Assembly: GCA_041178085.1 (NCBI GenBank)
Contig: JBEGVZ010000114.1
Coordinates: 265-64,264 of the forward strand
Length of the DNA stretch: 64,000 nucleotides
DNA from: Pseudomonadota bacterium
GTDB lineage: Bacteria > Bdellovibrionota_B > Oligoflexia > Oligoflexales > RGVZ01
Direction: 5' to 3'
Position numbers and translations under genes: made by a program. This document shows, one piece after another, positions 18,442 to 28,059 of the stretch (within the stretch, counting starts at the first letter, position 1; each line of letters starts with the position of its first letter). The notes under the pieces are model-generated. The model did no database searches, was not told the origin of the DNA, and was given only the letters and a program-made list of their open reading frames with translations.

Positions 18442-20108
18442 GCACACTGAAAACACTTTTGCCAGCTGGCGGATTACTCTCTGCTGCAGCAATCACTCTT
18501 GCCGCGGCGCCGGCGCCGGCCCTTGCGTTTTTCCTGGACGGAAACGGCCACTACGCCCTGCGCGGTGCCACGCTCACAAATCCGGGATTCTCCACCGAAA
18601 GTGGCGTCTACCAGGGAGTTGAACAAAGTTTCAGGTTACAGGCCGAAGCGCGCATGAATGACAAGTCGAGTTTCTTCTCGGAAATCCGTTTTACGGATGA
18701 CCCGTCAAACTGGTTTCTGGGCGACACGGCAAAGCCCAGAAAATGTGTAACTCGCCGCGTTCCCACGGGCACGGAAGGATCCTACACAGAGGAAACCAGC
18801 TGCGAAGGTCGTCACCAGGACACTTCAAATCCCACTTACGCTCCTTATATGCCAGTTGTAACACAGGCATTTGCACGCCAGGCTTTTGATTTCTGCCTCG
18901 TTGAGGCTGGACGCAGGCCACGCAACTGGGGGATGGGCATGCTGCTTAGCAGCGGCTCGCGCCCATTCGACACAGAGTGGAGCACGTTCGACGGGATCGA
19001 CTGCAACGTCAACATCCAGAAGTCGCAGACGATCGGTTTCAAGTTTGGCTATGACAAGATCGCGGAAACTGGCACTGCCCTGGACAACCCCTACGACCGG
19101 ACAATCCCTGACAATGCCAGCGAGACAGCCTTCGACAGCTCTTCCGCAAAGTATGGCATCACGAATCCCGCTGACGACATCGACCAGTACTTTTTTAACA
19201 TTGAGGTTGATGACCGCAAGGCAAACGCCGGCGCTGCTGTAACCAAGCAGATCGGCATTTACGCGGCGAACATGATTGGCAAGGAATCGAAAACCGACAT
19301 CAAATACCTGGACATTTACACGGCGTTTTTCCTTTCCAACATCACATCCCGCCTTGAGGTTCTTTTCCGGTCCGGCAAATCTGCTGATCCGAACTGGGTA
19401 AGGACAGGCGGCGCACGGTTTCGCGACGGAGAGGTCGCGACCAACAAGGTCGACTCGATCGGAATTGCAGGAAACATTGAATGGACCCTGGCACGCTCTG
19501 GCAGCGCGATCGGCCCTGCTGATTACCGTCAAGGAAACACTTCACGGCACCTGCTATTCCTGGATTATGCCTACGCACCCGGTGACGACAATGCTTACTA
19601 TCGGGACGACGCTTCGTATTCTGATGAGACCATTGCTGCGATTGGCGAATCTCAGCGTGGAAACCGCGCCAAGACGATGGCCTTCAGCAGGAATTTCCAG
19701 CCTGCGCTAATCCTGTTTTCTGGCAAGGCCGGAACCGAAGCAACGGGATTGGACGGCGTCTACGATCCGGGTCAGGTCATGAACGCAGCGGTATTCGCTG
19801 CAGGCTACCGGCTTGAAAGCCTCGAATTTGGCAACTTTGAGGTCAAGGCCATTTCAGCCCGCCTTAACGCGTCCGTTCCGAAAAATGTCCGCGATTACTA
19901 TGCGGGCGTGGAAGGGGTAAAGCCTGTCGGCTTCCACGGCAACCAGCTAGGCCTGGAACTTGACATCAAGTATTCGCAGCAAATGGCAAATACCTTTGAA
20001 TACGGAATCGAAGGCGCCTATGCCAAAGGCGGCCCGGCGCTCAAAGTTTCGAATCGTGACCCGAGCGCTTCAATGCTGCTACAATCATACGCAACCTTCA
20101 AATTTTGA
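18438..20108 (+). CDS. Large secreted beta-barrel-like outer membrane protein, unknown family
   Basis: Signal peptide ending APALA|FF. C-terminal ...LLQSYATFKF (terminal Phe as in OMPs). ATGA overlap with ymdB. Confidence 0.7.
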   Translation: MSTLKTLLPAGGLLSAAAITLAAAPAPALAFFLDGNGHYALRGATLTNPGFSTESGVYQGVEQSFRLQAEARMNDKSSFFSEIRFTDDPSNWFLGDTAKPRKCVTRRVPTGTEGSYTEETSCEGRHQDTSNPTYAPYMPVVTQAFARQAFDFCLVEAGRRPRNWGMGMLLSSGSRPFDTEWSTFDGIDCNVNIQKSQTIGFKFGYDKIAETGTALDNPYDRTIPDNASETAFDSSSAKYGITNPADDIDQYFFNIEVDDRKANAGAAVTKQIGIYAANMIGKESKTDIKYLDIYTAFFLSNITSRLEVLFRSGKSADPNWVRTGGARFRDGEVATNKVDSIGIAGNIEWTLARSGSAIGPADYRQGNTSRHLLFLDYAYAPGDDNAYYRDDASYSDETIAAIGESQRGNRAKTMAFSRNFQPALILFSGKAGTEATGLDGVYDPGQVMNAAVFAAGYRLESLEFGNFEVKAISARLNASVPKNVRDYYAGVEGVKPVGFHGNQLGLELDIKYSQQMANTFEYGIEGAYAKGGPALKVSNRDPSASMLLQSYATFKF

Positions 20109-20117
20109 GTTGCTGCC

Positions 20118-21491
20118 ATGATGGAACGACTTTCACTGGATCCCGCCTCGTGGTCGAAGACTGAATGGACGCAGACCAGCGGCTTCCTGATGGCGTTGGC
20201 AGCCGCCCTGAACGAGTCAGGCGTCGTTCCACAAAGGCATCTCGATGCCCTGCGCATGGACTTGTCCGCACTTCAGAGCGGCGGTGGTTCTGCACGGCAG
20301 GTGCCACCGCTCTTGACGCTGGCCAAGGCAGGCAACGAATTCCTCAAGCTAGTGGAGGCGCGCTACGGCCGTGACCGCTTGATCCTTAACCTGTTCCGGC
20401 ACAGTGCAAAGAGCTGGATTTCGGAAACGGCGCGGGTCCTTGCCAGGTGGGGTGAGCAGGTCACCCGGAATTCCGACAAGGTCCTGAATCGCATCCTGAT
20501 CATCCACCGCCCTGGCAACGAGCCTGCGGATGAACGTCTTTTCTCCAGCCTGCTGGTCGACTTTGCCACCCGGATCCGCGGTTGCCTTGACGCGCTGGAT
20601 GAACTCTACAAGCGACTTGATGCAATGCACGGTGTTCCCCTCGATGTCCCCGGACAATCGGGTGATGAACAAGGCGTAGCCGCCAAGCTGTCGTTTTCGT
20701 CACTGGCCAGCGACACAGAGCTCGGTCGTGAGGAGGAATATTTTGTCCGGCGCGTGGCCCTTGAAATGGCCAACCTTGCCGGTGCAGTGGCCCACTTCTC
20801 AAGCCAACTCGCCCTGAACTGTGATGAAGCACCCGCCGTGTTGCTTGAGCTTCGCAACAATTGGATCAAGACCGAAGCATTACGCCTGTTTCATTTTTCA
20901 TGGCCGGGAGCCGAAAGCTTTGTGACTGCCGAGGTCTCACGTCAGCAAGCCATGATGTCCCTGGCGTCCATCACCAATGCCCTGCTTGACCTGGAAGCTG
21001 AGACATCCGCCCTCATGCCGGGGAGAATCTCGGGTTCGCCAAACCCTGCCACCAGGCAACGCGCCGAGTCTGTCAGGGGCGCGTTGATTGCAGACGCAAT
21101 GGTCGCTGGTCTTGATGGGGACGAGGCGGCACGCGCCGTAGTCGCCATGGTCTCTTATGCAGAACGTCATAACCTTTCGTCTCGAGAGATGATCGTCAGC
21201 GAGTTGCAGAAAATCCACCCGGCCTTGATGCCCCGCACACTCCAGTACTTCCAGTCTCTGACGGAAAACGATCCTGTCGCGGGCAGGAAAGCCAGTGAGA
21301 AGTCCGATAGCGCGAGCCGCTCCCGCAACTTGCTGAACTACTTTGCAGAGAAGTCGCGAAGCCTCTCTGCCATGCTTGCATTGGCGCTCACGACCATAAC
21401 TTTCCTTGGCGGCTGCGGGCTAAAGACGGCAACCAGAAGCGACGTCGACGACCTTCGTCCGGGAATCCCATTCAGGACGAACCAAAAATGA
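20118..21491 (+). CDS. Degenerate argininosuccinate-lyase-fold (fumarate lyase superfamily) protein with lipobox-like C-terminal tail
   Basis: By-eye colinearity with E. coli ArgH, e.g. KRLD..PL and ADxxVA....SELQK in the C-terminal domain. SRND and GSSxMPxKxN signatures are not recognisable. Tail is LALALTTITFLGGCGLK. Confidence 0.6.
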   Translation: MMERLSLDPASWSKTEWTQTSGFLMALAAALNESGVVPQRHLDALRMDLSALQSGGGSARQVPPLLTLAKAGNEFLKLVEARYGRDRLILNLFRHSAKSWISETARVLARWGEQVTRNSDKVLNRILIIHRPGNEPADERLFSSLLVDFATRIRGCLDALDELYKRLDAMHGVPLDVPGQSGDEQGVAAKLSFSSLASDTELGREEEYFVRRVALEMANLAGAVAHFSSQLALNCDEAPAVLLELRNNWIKTEALRLFHFSWPGAESFVTAEVSRQQAMMSLASITNALLDLEAETSALMPGRISGSPNPATRQRAESVRGALIADAMVAGLDGDEAARAVVAMVSYAERHNLSSREMIVSELQKIHPALMPRTLQYFQSLTENDPVAGRKASEKSDSASRSRNLLNYFAEKSRSLSAMLALALTTITFLGGCGLKTATRSDVDDLRPGIPFRTNQK

Positions 21492-22411
21492 AATCCGCGC
21501 ACCACACCCAATTTGAAAAGCAATTTTCAGGCGTCTGGACAGCCGTCGTCACTCCGTTCAAGGACGATTTTTCAATTGACTGGGCCGCCTGGGAAAAGCT
21601 GCTTGAGCACCAGGCCAAAGGCGGTGTCGCCGGTGTCGTAGTCTCCGGAACAACCGGTGAAAGCCCAACCTTGACTGTCCAGGAGAAGATTTCCCTGGTG
21701 CGCAAGGCACGCGCCGTATTGCCAAAGGAAATTCGTGTCATGGCCGGCAGTGGTGGCAATAACACGGAGCAAAGCATCGAACTCTCGCGCTTGTGTGTGG
21801 ACGCGGGCGCAGACAGCCTGCTGGTCGTGACGCCACCCTACAACAAGCCGTCCCCGGAAGGGTTGAAACTCCACTTTTCCATGGTCGCGTCTGCCGTGAA
21901 AGTTCCCGTTTGCCTTTACCACGTACCGGGGCGCACCGGGCAGATGCTAAGCCCCGATGTTCTGGCGGCACTTTGCTCTTTGCCGGGAGTTCATGCGGTC
22001 AAGGAAGCTAGTGGTGACTTGGCGTTTTTTTCGCGCGCTGTGGTCAAGACTCGCAAGGAAGGAACGGCATTTCTCTCAGGGGACGACATCACTTTCCTGC
22101 CGAGCCTTGCCATTGGCGGCTGTGGTGTCATCAGCGTGATGTCAAATGTTCTGCCAGCAGAGGCCGTTTCCTTGTGGAAGGAATGGACCTCTGGCGAGGC
22201 TGCGGCTGCACTCAACCGGCACAACCGCTTGCAACCTTTCATGGACGCCCTGTTCTGTGAATCAAATCCGGGGCCCGTGAAGGAGATCCTCGCGCAGCAG
22301 GGGTTCATGGGTCGGACGGTCAGGCCTCCGCTGGCTCCAGTGACTTCAGGCAGCGCGAAATTGGTCGCTGCTGCATTTGCCTCTGCGACTGGTTCCAGCA
22401 AGGGACTTTGA
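21488..22411 (+). CDS. dapA: 4-hydroxy-tetrahydrodipicolinate synthase
   Basis: TAVVTPF, SGTTGESPTLT, YNKP, and the Lys context AVKEASGD. Confidence 0.95.
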   Translation: MKSAHHTQFEKQFSGVWTAVVTPFKDDFSIDWAAWEKLLEHQAKGGVAGVVVSGTTGESPTLTVQEKISLVRKARAVLPKEIRVMAGSGGNNTEQSIELSRLCVDAGADSLLVVTPPYNKPSPEGLKLHFSMVASAVKVPVCLYHVPGRTGQMLSPDVLAALCSLPGVHAVKEASGDLAFFSRAVVKTRKEGTAFLSGDDITFLPSLAIGGCGVISVMSNVLPAEAVSLWKEWTSGEAAAALNRHNRLQPFMDALFCESNPGPVKEILAQQGFMGRTVRPPLAPVTSGSAKLVAAAFASATGSSKGL

Positions 22412-23208
22412 TCATGGCCAACCAACGCAAACAGGCGCCCCTTGCAATCTGGCTTCATGGAGCATCGGGGCGGATGGGCCTTGAAATCCAACAGGCGCTT
22501 GCAAGGAGATCCGGTGAGTTTCGCTTGATCGGCGGATCCGGTCGGACTTTCCTTGGTGACAGCCTTCTAACGGGAAAGCCTGCCACGCCCGAGAAACTCT
22601 CCCATGCACTGAGCCATGGGGTCGACGCCGTCATCGACTTTTCGTTGCCGGCTGGAAACCTTATCCTGGCCAAAGCCTTCCAGATGATCGAACCGGCGCG
22701 CAGACCTCAAGTGCTGGTTGGCACCACGGGCATTGATGAGAAAACACGGAAAATATGGGAAAAGATCGCTTCAAACATGAAGCAGGGAAGTGTTTTCATC
22801 GCGCCAAATACAAGCCGCGGTGTCCTTGCCACCATGGAAGGGGCGCTCCGAATCCAAGGCATGCTTTCTGGCACCGGGGCAGATGTGACAATCGTTGAGA
22901 CACATCACATCATGAAAAAGGACGCCCCGAGTGGCACAGCGAAGATGCTTGCTGAGAAATTAAAAGCGACTGCGGATGCTGACATCCAGATTGTGTCTGT
23001 GCGGGGTGGTGGCATCTTTGGCGAACACGAAATCCGTTTTATGGGAAAGCACGACGAAATAGCGATCACCCACCGCGCTTATTCGCGCGGCCTTTTTGCC
23101 GAGGGCGCACTTGACCTTGCCGCATGGCAACAGCAGCGCCGGAAAAAACTGGCGTCGAAATTGATTGATATATCTGCTTATGCCAGGGACCTTGCCGGTT
23201 CCTGCTAG
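22408..23208 (+). CDS. dapB: 4-hydroxy-tetrahydrodipicolinate reductase
   Basis: GASGRMG nucleotide-binding motif and ETHHIMKKDAPSGTA signature. ATGA overlap with dapA. Confidence 0.9.
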   Translation: MIMANQRKQAPLAIWLHGASGRMGLEIQQALARRSGEFRLIGGSGRTFLGDSLLTGKPATPEKLSHALSHGVDAVIDFSLPAGNLILAKAFQMIEPARRPQVLVGTTGIDEKTRKIWEKIASNMKQGSVFIAPNTSRGVLATMEGALRIQGMLSGTGADVTIVETHHIMKKDAPSGTAKMLAEKLKATADADIQIVSVRGGGIFGEHEIRFMGKHDEIAITHRAYSRGLFAEGALDLAAWQQQRRKKLASKLIDISAYARDLAGSC

Positions 23209-25433
23209 TGATGAGCGTCTGGGTTGAACCACGCAGACAGCTTGCTGCCAACCTGGACAATCGACGTCGCCTCTCCGTAGACGCTGACAACATCTGCTCC
23301 AACCCAAGTACCAGAACCTGACTCCACGACGAGTCCATAAATCCCGGGCGGGACATTGAAGAACAGTGCCTTTGTCACCGGGGAGTCGCTGAACACCCAT
23401 GGTTCAGAAACCGTCTGTCCAGCCTCATTCACCAGGCGGACGGAAATGCGACCGGATCCTTGCCCCTGAAGGTCACCATATTCCACAAGCACAGAACCTT
23501 CTGTGAATTCCTGGGTTTCATCCGCATAAACTGCCATATCCTGGACGAAGCCGCGCGGCAGGACAGGAAGGACATTGACTTGGCTGCCCTTGGCAGACGC
23601 AGCGATCCGGTGGATGGACGGCTCAAAGTCGGGATTGTCCAGATAAACTACTTCGGAAGAACCTGCGCTGCTTACGTGGGAGCCGGTACCCTGGATGTTG
23701 TCACCGGCTGGGAAAAGTTTCTGTGTCGTTGCGACAAGGACCGCATCCTGGTGGTCTTCGACGACATAACTTTGCTGCTGCGCGGCGCCACCAAGTTGCT
23801 CATGAGCAGACGATTCACGTGCAAACTGCACATAAGTTCCAGAAACCCTTGGCGATACGAGCGGCTGTTCATGTGTGTGACGGCCAGCAAGGACTGGGAA
23901 CTCCCGCGCCATGATCTGCGTTCCACCTTGCCATGCGGAAACATTGACCGGTCCCGGGTCCACATTGAAGTAACAAACGCGTCCCGCGCTCGAAGTGGTG
24001 CCAAGCTGGTGATCGATGACCCCGTCCCGGTTGAAGTGGAACGGGCCGATGGCCCGCACGTCAAGCTTCACCTGGATTCCCTCAGGCGATGCCTCTGGGG
24101 CGGTGTGGAAATCAAGACAAAGCGAACCTTTACTCTCTGACTGCACAAGACCGGCCATCCTGGTCCACATATCGAAAGCCGTAGCCCTCGGGATCACCAG
24201 TTTTTTCTCAAATCGCGATGAGCCACCGGCCTTCCCACCCTCACCAAGGGAGATCAGTCCGGCTGACTTGACGTAGGTACCTGACGGATCATTTGCTGCA
24301 ACGAGCAAACTCGAACCGCCCGGAATGTCCGATATTTGAACTTCTCCGTGTGCATCACTGATCGAAGAGAATTCCGCTCCCGCGACATACACCTGAACAC
24401 CTGCCACTGGGAAGGCGCCACCGGTCGCAGTGTTTCGTTCATCGACCGCTTTCAATTGCAATGCCGCGCGTGATGCACGCGCTGCCGCACGGCGAAGACG
24501 AATTTCTCTGGCCGAGTCGGCGGCCGCAGCCTGGCTGGCTTCGCTGCTCGAAGCGTGAATGCTGACCGCGTCGCCGACTGTGCTGCTTCCGCCGGCTGCA
24601 ATGCCTGCTGCGGATACATCAGAAAGGGCCAGGCTTGCATGGTCCGCTGACGCTGCCTGAGGCAATCGCGCAAGCTCTGGTGGCAAGGCAAGGTTTCTTC
24701 CGTTCGAGGCAACTTTGACATCCCGCGGTGCAACAGCCGGTGGATTGCCAACGGTGACAGGCACGACGACCAGCTGTCCAGCCCGTGCAACGTAAATTTC
24801 CGTTTGTGTATCAGGGATCACTGCTGTCAAGGTGCGACTTGCGGGATCCCAGTGCACGCGACTCGCATCGCGCGGATAAATCTGGATTGGCTGCGCTTCG
24901 TCTGCGCCTGTGAGGTCATCCATCGCGATCTCGACAGAACCTCCCGCCCTTGGAATCCGGATGGCTGGGGGTTGAACGGAAAGTCCAACGCTCGTAGCCA
25001 GCACGCGCACTGCGGAACGTTCGTCGCCAAGACTGATCGAGATGCCGCTTCTTGACGACGGTACGTAGGAGTCATCTTCAATGGAGACGACAGCTTCCTT
25101 GCGCTCAACTTTTCCGGCGCGCGTCGTTTTTTCGACGGCGACAAGAATGCCACTCTCATCCGCTGGAAGTGCTGGCGCTGAAGGTCTGTAATCACCAGCC
25201 ACAACTTGCGCGAAGTTGCGTGCGGGGGCTGCCCTCTGCGCCAGCAATTGCGCGAGCGATCGTTCCGATATTGCCGGAGCTTTCTCCGCAAGACCTATTC
25301 CAGCAAACGGGCCATCGATGTGTCGTGTGGAAGTAGCAAGCGCAGAAGTTGAAGACAAGTAAAGCGCGGCCATACCCGCAACGGCGGGCAGTGAGGGAAC
25401 GACTGCAATGCGATTTATGCGACGCATCATCAA
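23205..25433 (-). CDS. Large secreted protein with carboxypeptidase-regulatory-like beta-sandwich modules
   Basis: 742 aa. Signal peptide. Segments such as VAGVQVYVAGAEFSSISDAHGEVQISDIPGGSSLLV and FFNVPPGIYGLVVES resemble CarboxypepD_reg-type repeats. No catalytic motif seen. Confidence 0.7.
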   Translation of the reverse strand: MMMRRINRIAVVPSLPAVAGMAALYLSSTSALATSTRHIDGPFAGIGLAEKAPAISERSLAQLLAQRAAPARNFAQVVAGDYRPSAPALPADESGILVAVEKTTRAGKVERKEAVVSIEDDSYVPSSRSGISISLGDERSAVRVLATSVGLSVQPPAIRIPRAGGSVEIAMDDLTGADEAQPIQIYPRDASRVHWDPASRTLTAVIPDTQTEIYVARAGQLVVVPVTVGNPPAVAPRDVKVASNGRNLALPPELARLPQAASADHASLALSDVSAAGIAAGGSSTVGDAVSIHASSSEASQAAAADSAREIRLRRAAARASRAALQLKAVDERNTATGGAFPVAGVQVYVAGAEFSSISDAHGEVQISDIPGGSSLLVAANDPSGTYVKSAGLISLGEGGKAGGSSRFEKKLVIPRATAFDMWTRMAGLVQSESKGSLCLDFHTAPEASPEGIQVKLDVRAIGPFHFNRDGVIDHQLGTTSSAGRVCYFNVDPGPVNVSAWQGGTQIMAREFPVLAGRHTHEQPLVSPRVSGTYVQFARESSAHEQLGGAAQQQSYVVEDHQDAVLVATTQKLFPAGDNIQGTGSHVSSAGSSEVVYLDNPDFEPSIHRIAASAKGSQVNVLPVLPRGFVQDMAVYADETQEFTEGSVLVEYGDLQGQGSGRISVRLVNEAGQTVSEPWVFSDSPVTKALFFNVPPGIYGLVVESGSGTWVGADVVSVYGEATSIVQVGSKLSAWFNPDAHH

Positions 25434-25500
25434 CCGTCTGTTCGGCTTGTTACGGCCACACTTTAAAGAGTTTTCGCGTAAATTGATTATAACCTAATGA

Positions 25501-25540
25501 GGCGGGAAAAGCCCGCGCAGCAGGGCTGCTGCGCGTTTTT
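25501..25540. terminator. Two adjacent GC-rich hairpins between yqeY and the 742-aa gene
   Basis: GCGGG-AAAAG-CCCGC, then GCGCAGCAG-GG-CTGCTGCGC followed by GTTTTT on the plus strand. Lies just downstream of the yqeY stop on the minus strand. Confidence 0.4.
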
Positions 25541-25557
25541 GGCACTGCGGAACTTGG

Positions 25558-25995
25558 TTATTTCGAATCAAGCCGCTTTTTCAGCAATTCACTCACAAGC
25601 TTACCGTCCGCACTGCTGCCAAGGGATGCCAGCACCTGCTTCATGACCACGCCGAATGTCCGGTCGGTCGTTGCGGCGAGCACGGCATCAATCGCCTTCA
25701 TGGTCTCATCGGATCCAGCCTTCTTGGGCAGATAGCGCTCGACGATGGCGATTTCCCCGTGGATTTCTGCTTTTTTTGCCGGATCTGGAAATTCTTCCGC
25801 GGCCTTCGCCAACTTCTTTTGGTAGGACGCTACCACTTTGGCGACCGCTGCGTCGTCCAGCTCCTGGTGAATGTTGGTGGCAGACTGGACATACTTGATT
25901 TCACTGAGGATCATCCGCAGGACGCTCGTCGCCTTCTGATCGCGCGCCTTCATTGCGATCTTCAGGTCATCATTGATTTGTTCTTTGATTCCCAT
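25558..25995 (-). CDS. yqeY: GatB/YqeY-domain protein
   Basis: 145 aa. N-terminus IKEQINDDLKIAMKARDQ...LRMILSEIKY is typical of YqeY. Confidence 0.9.
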   Translation of the reverse strand: MGIKEQINDDLKIAMKARDQKATSVLRMILSEIKYVQSATNIHQELDDAAVAKVVASYQKKLAKAAEEFPDPAKKAEIHGEIAIVERYLPKKAGSDETMKAIDAVLAATTDRTFGVVMKQVLASLGSSADGKLVSELLKKRLDSK

Positions 25996-26009
25996 GCAAA
26001 AACTCCTGG

Positions 26010-26603
26010 TTATTCCTTTGCATTTAAATGCCTTACGACGCCTGCTGGCATCGTGTCCTTGAACATGATTTCAAAGAGAGACTGGCGGCATCGCGTCGCA
26101 TCCGCAAAGCCAAAGGCAACCTCGTAGCGGCGGATTGCCTCAAGTGCTGCGGACTCGCCAGATTTTGCTTTCGCCTCAAACTCCACACAGGCAACCGACT
26201 TGCCTCCTGCGCGAGCCTCGTAGTGGACGACCTCACAGTCGGCGAAATAGAAAACATGGATCTTTTTCTCAATGGTTCCGCGCCAAAGGATACCCATCGG
26301 CGCAAGAAAAGCTTCCACTGCCCTTTGTTGGTCGCCGCCCGATTGATCCAACTCCAGATTGACCTCAAGCCGGCGTTCGTTGTCAGGGGCCACAGACTTG
26401 ACCGAGAGCTGCTGAATTTCGCGATCGACCCGGTGCCGGACCACGTGCCCCGGCATTGCATTGATGACATAGTATGAATCGCGGACGTCCACCTGCCCTT
26501 CGTCGTCTGGCTTCAAGGCTTTCGCACAGCGGGCAAAACGGTCCAGGTCAAAGGACGCATCCACCAGAAACTTATGCTCAATTTCAACAAATTCGAGCAT
26601 CAA
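26010..26603 (-). CDS. CYTH-domain (triphosphate tunnel metalloenzyme) protein
   Basis: N-terminal EIEHKFLV (ExExK signature) and appropriate size. 4-nt overlap with the upstream PK-like gene. Confidence 0.8.
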   Translation of the reverse strand: MMLEFVEIEHKFLVDASFDLDRFARCAKALKPDDEGQVDVRDSYYVINAMPGHVVRHRVDREIQQLSVKSVAPDNERRLEVNLELDQSGGDQQRAVEAFLAPMGILWRGTIEKKIHVFYFADCEVVHYEARAGGKSVACVEFEAKAKSGESAALEAIRRYEVAFGFADATRCRQSLFEIMFKDTMPAGVVRHLNAKE

Positions 26604-28030
26604 GCCAACTGCTGCACAGTGAACAAGTTTGAGGCCTCCCGGCCAAGCGATGAAAGCGTCACGGAAATGAAGATGATCCGGTCGCCTTGCTGAAGCCAGC
26701 TGTCGCGAAGCAAGTGGTCACTGACGAGTGGGAGTACCTCATCGATCTTTGGATCCACACCCATGACCAGCGCATTGACTCCCCGGACTACGGAAAGGCG
26801 GCGCAGGATGTCGGGCGAAAAGGTGACTGCGATGATCGGCACGGGGGCGCGGAAGGATGCGAGTTTCAAGGCGGTATTGCCTGCTTTTGTAATACAGACA
26901 ATCGCTTTTGCGCCGACTCGTTTCGCCGTCCGGTAGGCAGAGTAGGACACCGCGTCCATCTCGGTCGAGATCGTCGGGGCAAGCTTGATCCAGTTCGGCT
27001 CTTCGCCGTCTCGGCTTTCGATGTCCAGGATGGTGCGGCGCATGACCTGAAGGGCTTGGGCGGCGTATTTGCCGTGAGCAACTTCCTCGGAAAGAACCAC
27101 CGCATCGGTACCGTCGATGACTGCGTTGGCGATGTCAGAAACTTCGGCACGCGTTGGTGTCACGTTGCGGCGCATGCTGCCGAGCATCTCGCTCGCAGTC
27201 AGGACAAGCTTCGCCTGGTCGTTGCACCGCTGGATGATTTCTTTTGTGATCATCGGAATTTGAGCTGGACTTATCGATAGCGCCAGTTCTCTGCGCGAGA
27301 TCAGTAGCCCATCCACCACTTCGAGCAACTCGTCCAGTTTCTGATAAACACCGATGCTGTCGACGCGAAGAACCAGCCAGGGCGGCGTCGCCACCCCTGC
27401 CTTCTTGGTCTCATTCGCAACAAAATGGCGAAACTCCTGTAATTCCTTGGGGGACTCAATTCCTGGAAGGACCAGAAAATCAATACCGCGCTTCAAGACA
27501 TGATCCAGGGAATGGGTCTTGTAGTCGGCAATTTTCGGAGCTTTCCTGGTCGCCGGAATGTGCAGGTCAGAATCCGGAAAAACAGTTCCCCCCTGGACCA
27601 CTTCCGTTTCTGCCTTACGGCCTGCAACAGACGTCACGCGTAAAACCGCATTGCCGTAACCCATGTAGACCAGCTCGTCTTCCTTGAACAAACCGTCCCA
27701 CTGGCGGCTTTGAATCTCAAAGGTCGCCCCGCTGCCTTCTTCGCCAAGGGAGACGTGGGCTCCGAAAGCGACTTCGCGTGGTTCCTTGAGTCCAACTGTG
27801 GACGCCCTTGCCCCTTCCTGAAGGTCCACCATGATCGACGGAGTCACTGTTGCTTGCTTGCGCAAGCCATCGATAAACTTCGGGATCTGGTCAGCAGTTG
27901 CGCGATTCAAAACCAGCCGTAGCGCGTCGACATCCTCGCGGCACACCTGGGCAATGAGGTCCTCGTCGAGGATCCTGGATTCAAATGACCACACAATTTT
28001 GGTGCGACGTCCGTCTTTCGTCAGTGCCAC
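26600..28030 (-). CDS. Pyruvate-kinase-fold protein with substituted catalytic motifs
   Basis: Colinear with PykF: RRTKIV..., NVTPTRAEVSDIANAVIDGTDAVVLS, and a C-terminal alpha/beta domain. Active-site motifs are altered (see finding). Confidence 0.8.
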   Translation of the reverse strand: MALTKDGRRTKIVWSFESRILDEDLIAQVCREDVDALRLVLNRATADQIPKFIDGLRKQATVTPSIMVDLQEGARASTVGLKEPREVAFGAHVSLGEEGSGATFEIQSRQWDGLFKEDELVYMGYGNAVLRVTSVAGRKAETEVVQGGTVFPDSDLHIPATRKAPKIADYKTHSLDHVLKRGIDFLVLPGIESPKELQEFRHFVANETKKAGVATPPWLVLRVDSIGVYQKLDELLEVVDGLLISRRELALSISPAQIPMITKEIIQRCNDQAKLVLTASEMLGSMRRNVTPTRAEVSDIANAVIDGTDAVVLSEEVAHGKYAAQALQVMRRTILDIESRDGEEPNWIKLAPTISTEMDAVSYSAYRTAKRVGAKAIVCITKAGNTALKLASFRAPVPIIAVTFSPDILRRLSVVRGVNALVMGVDPKIDEVLPLVSDHLLRDSWLQQGDRIIFISVTLSSLGREASNLFTVQQLA

Positions 28031-28059
28031 GAATCAGCTGCTCCACTGGAAACTTGGAT

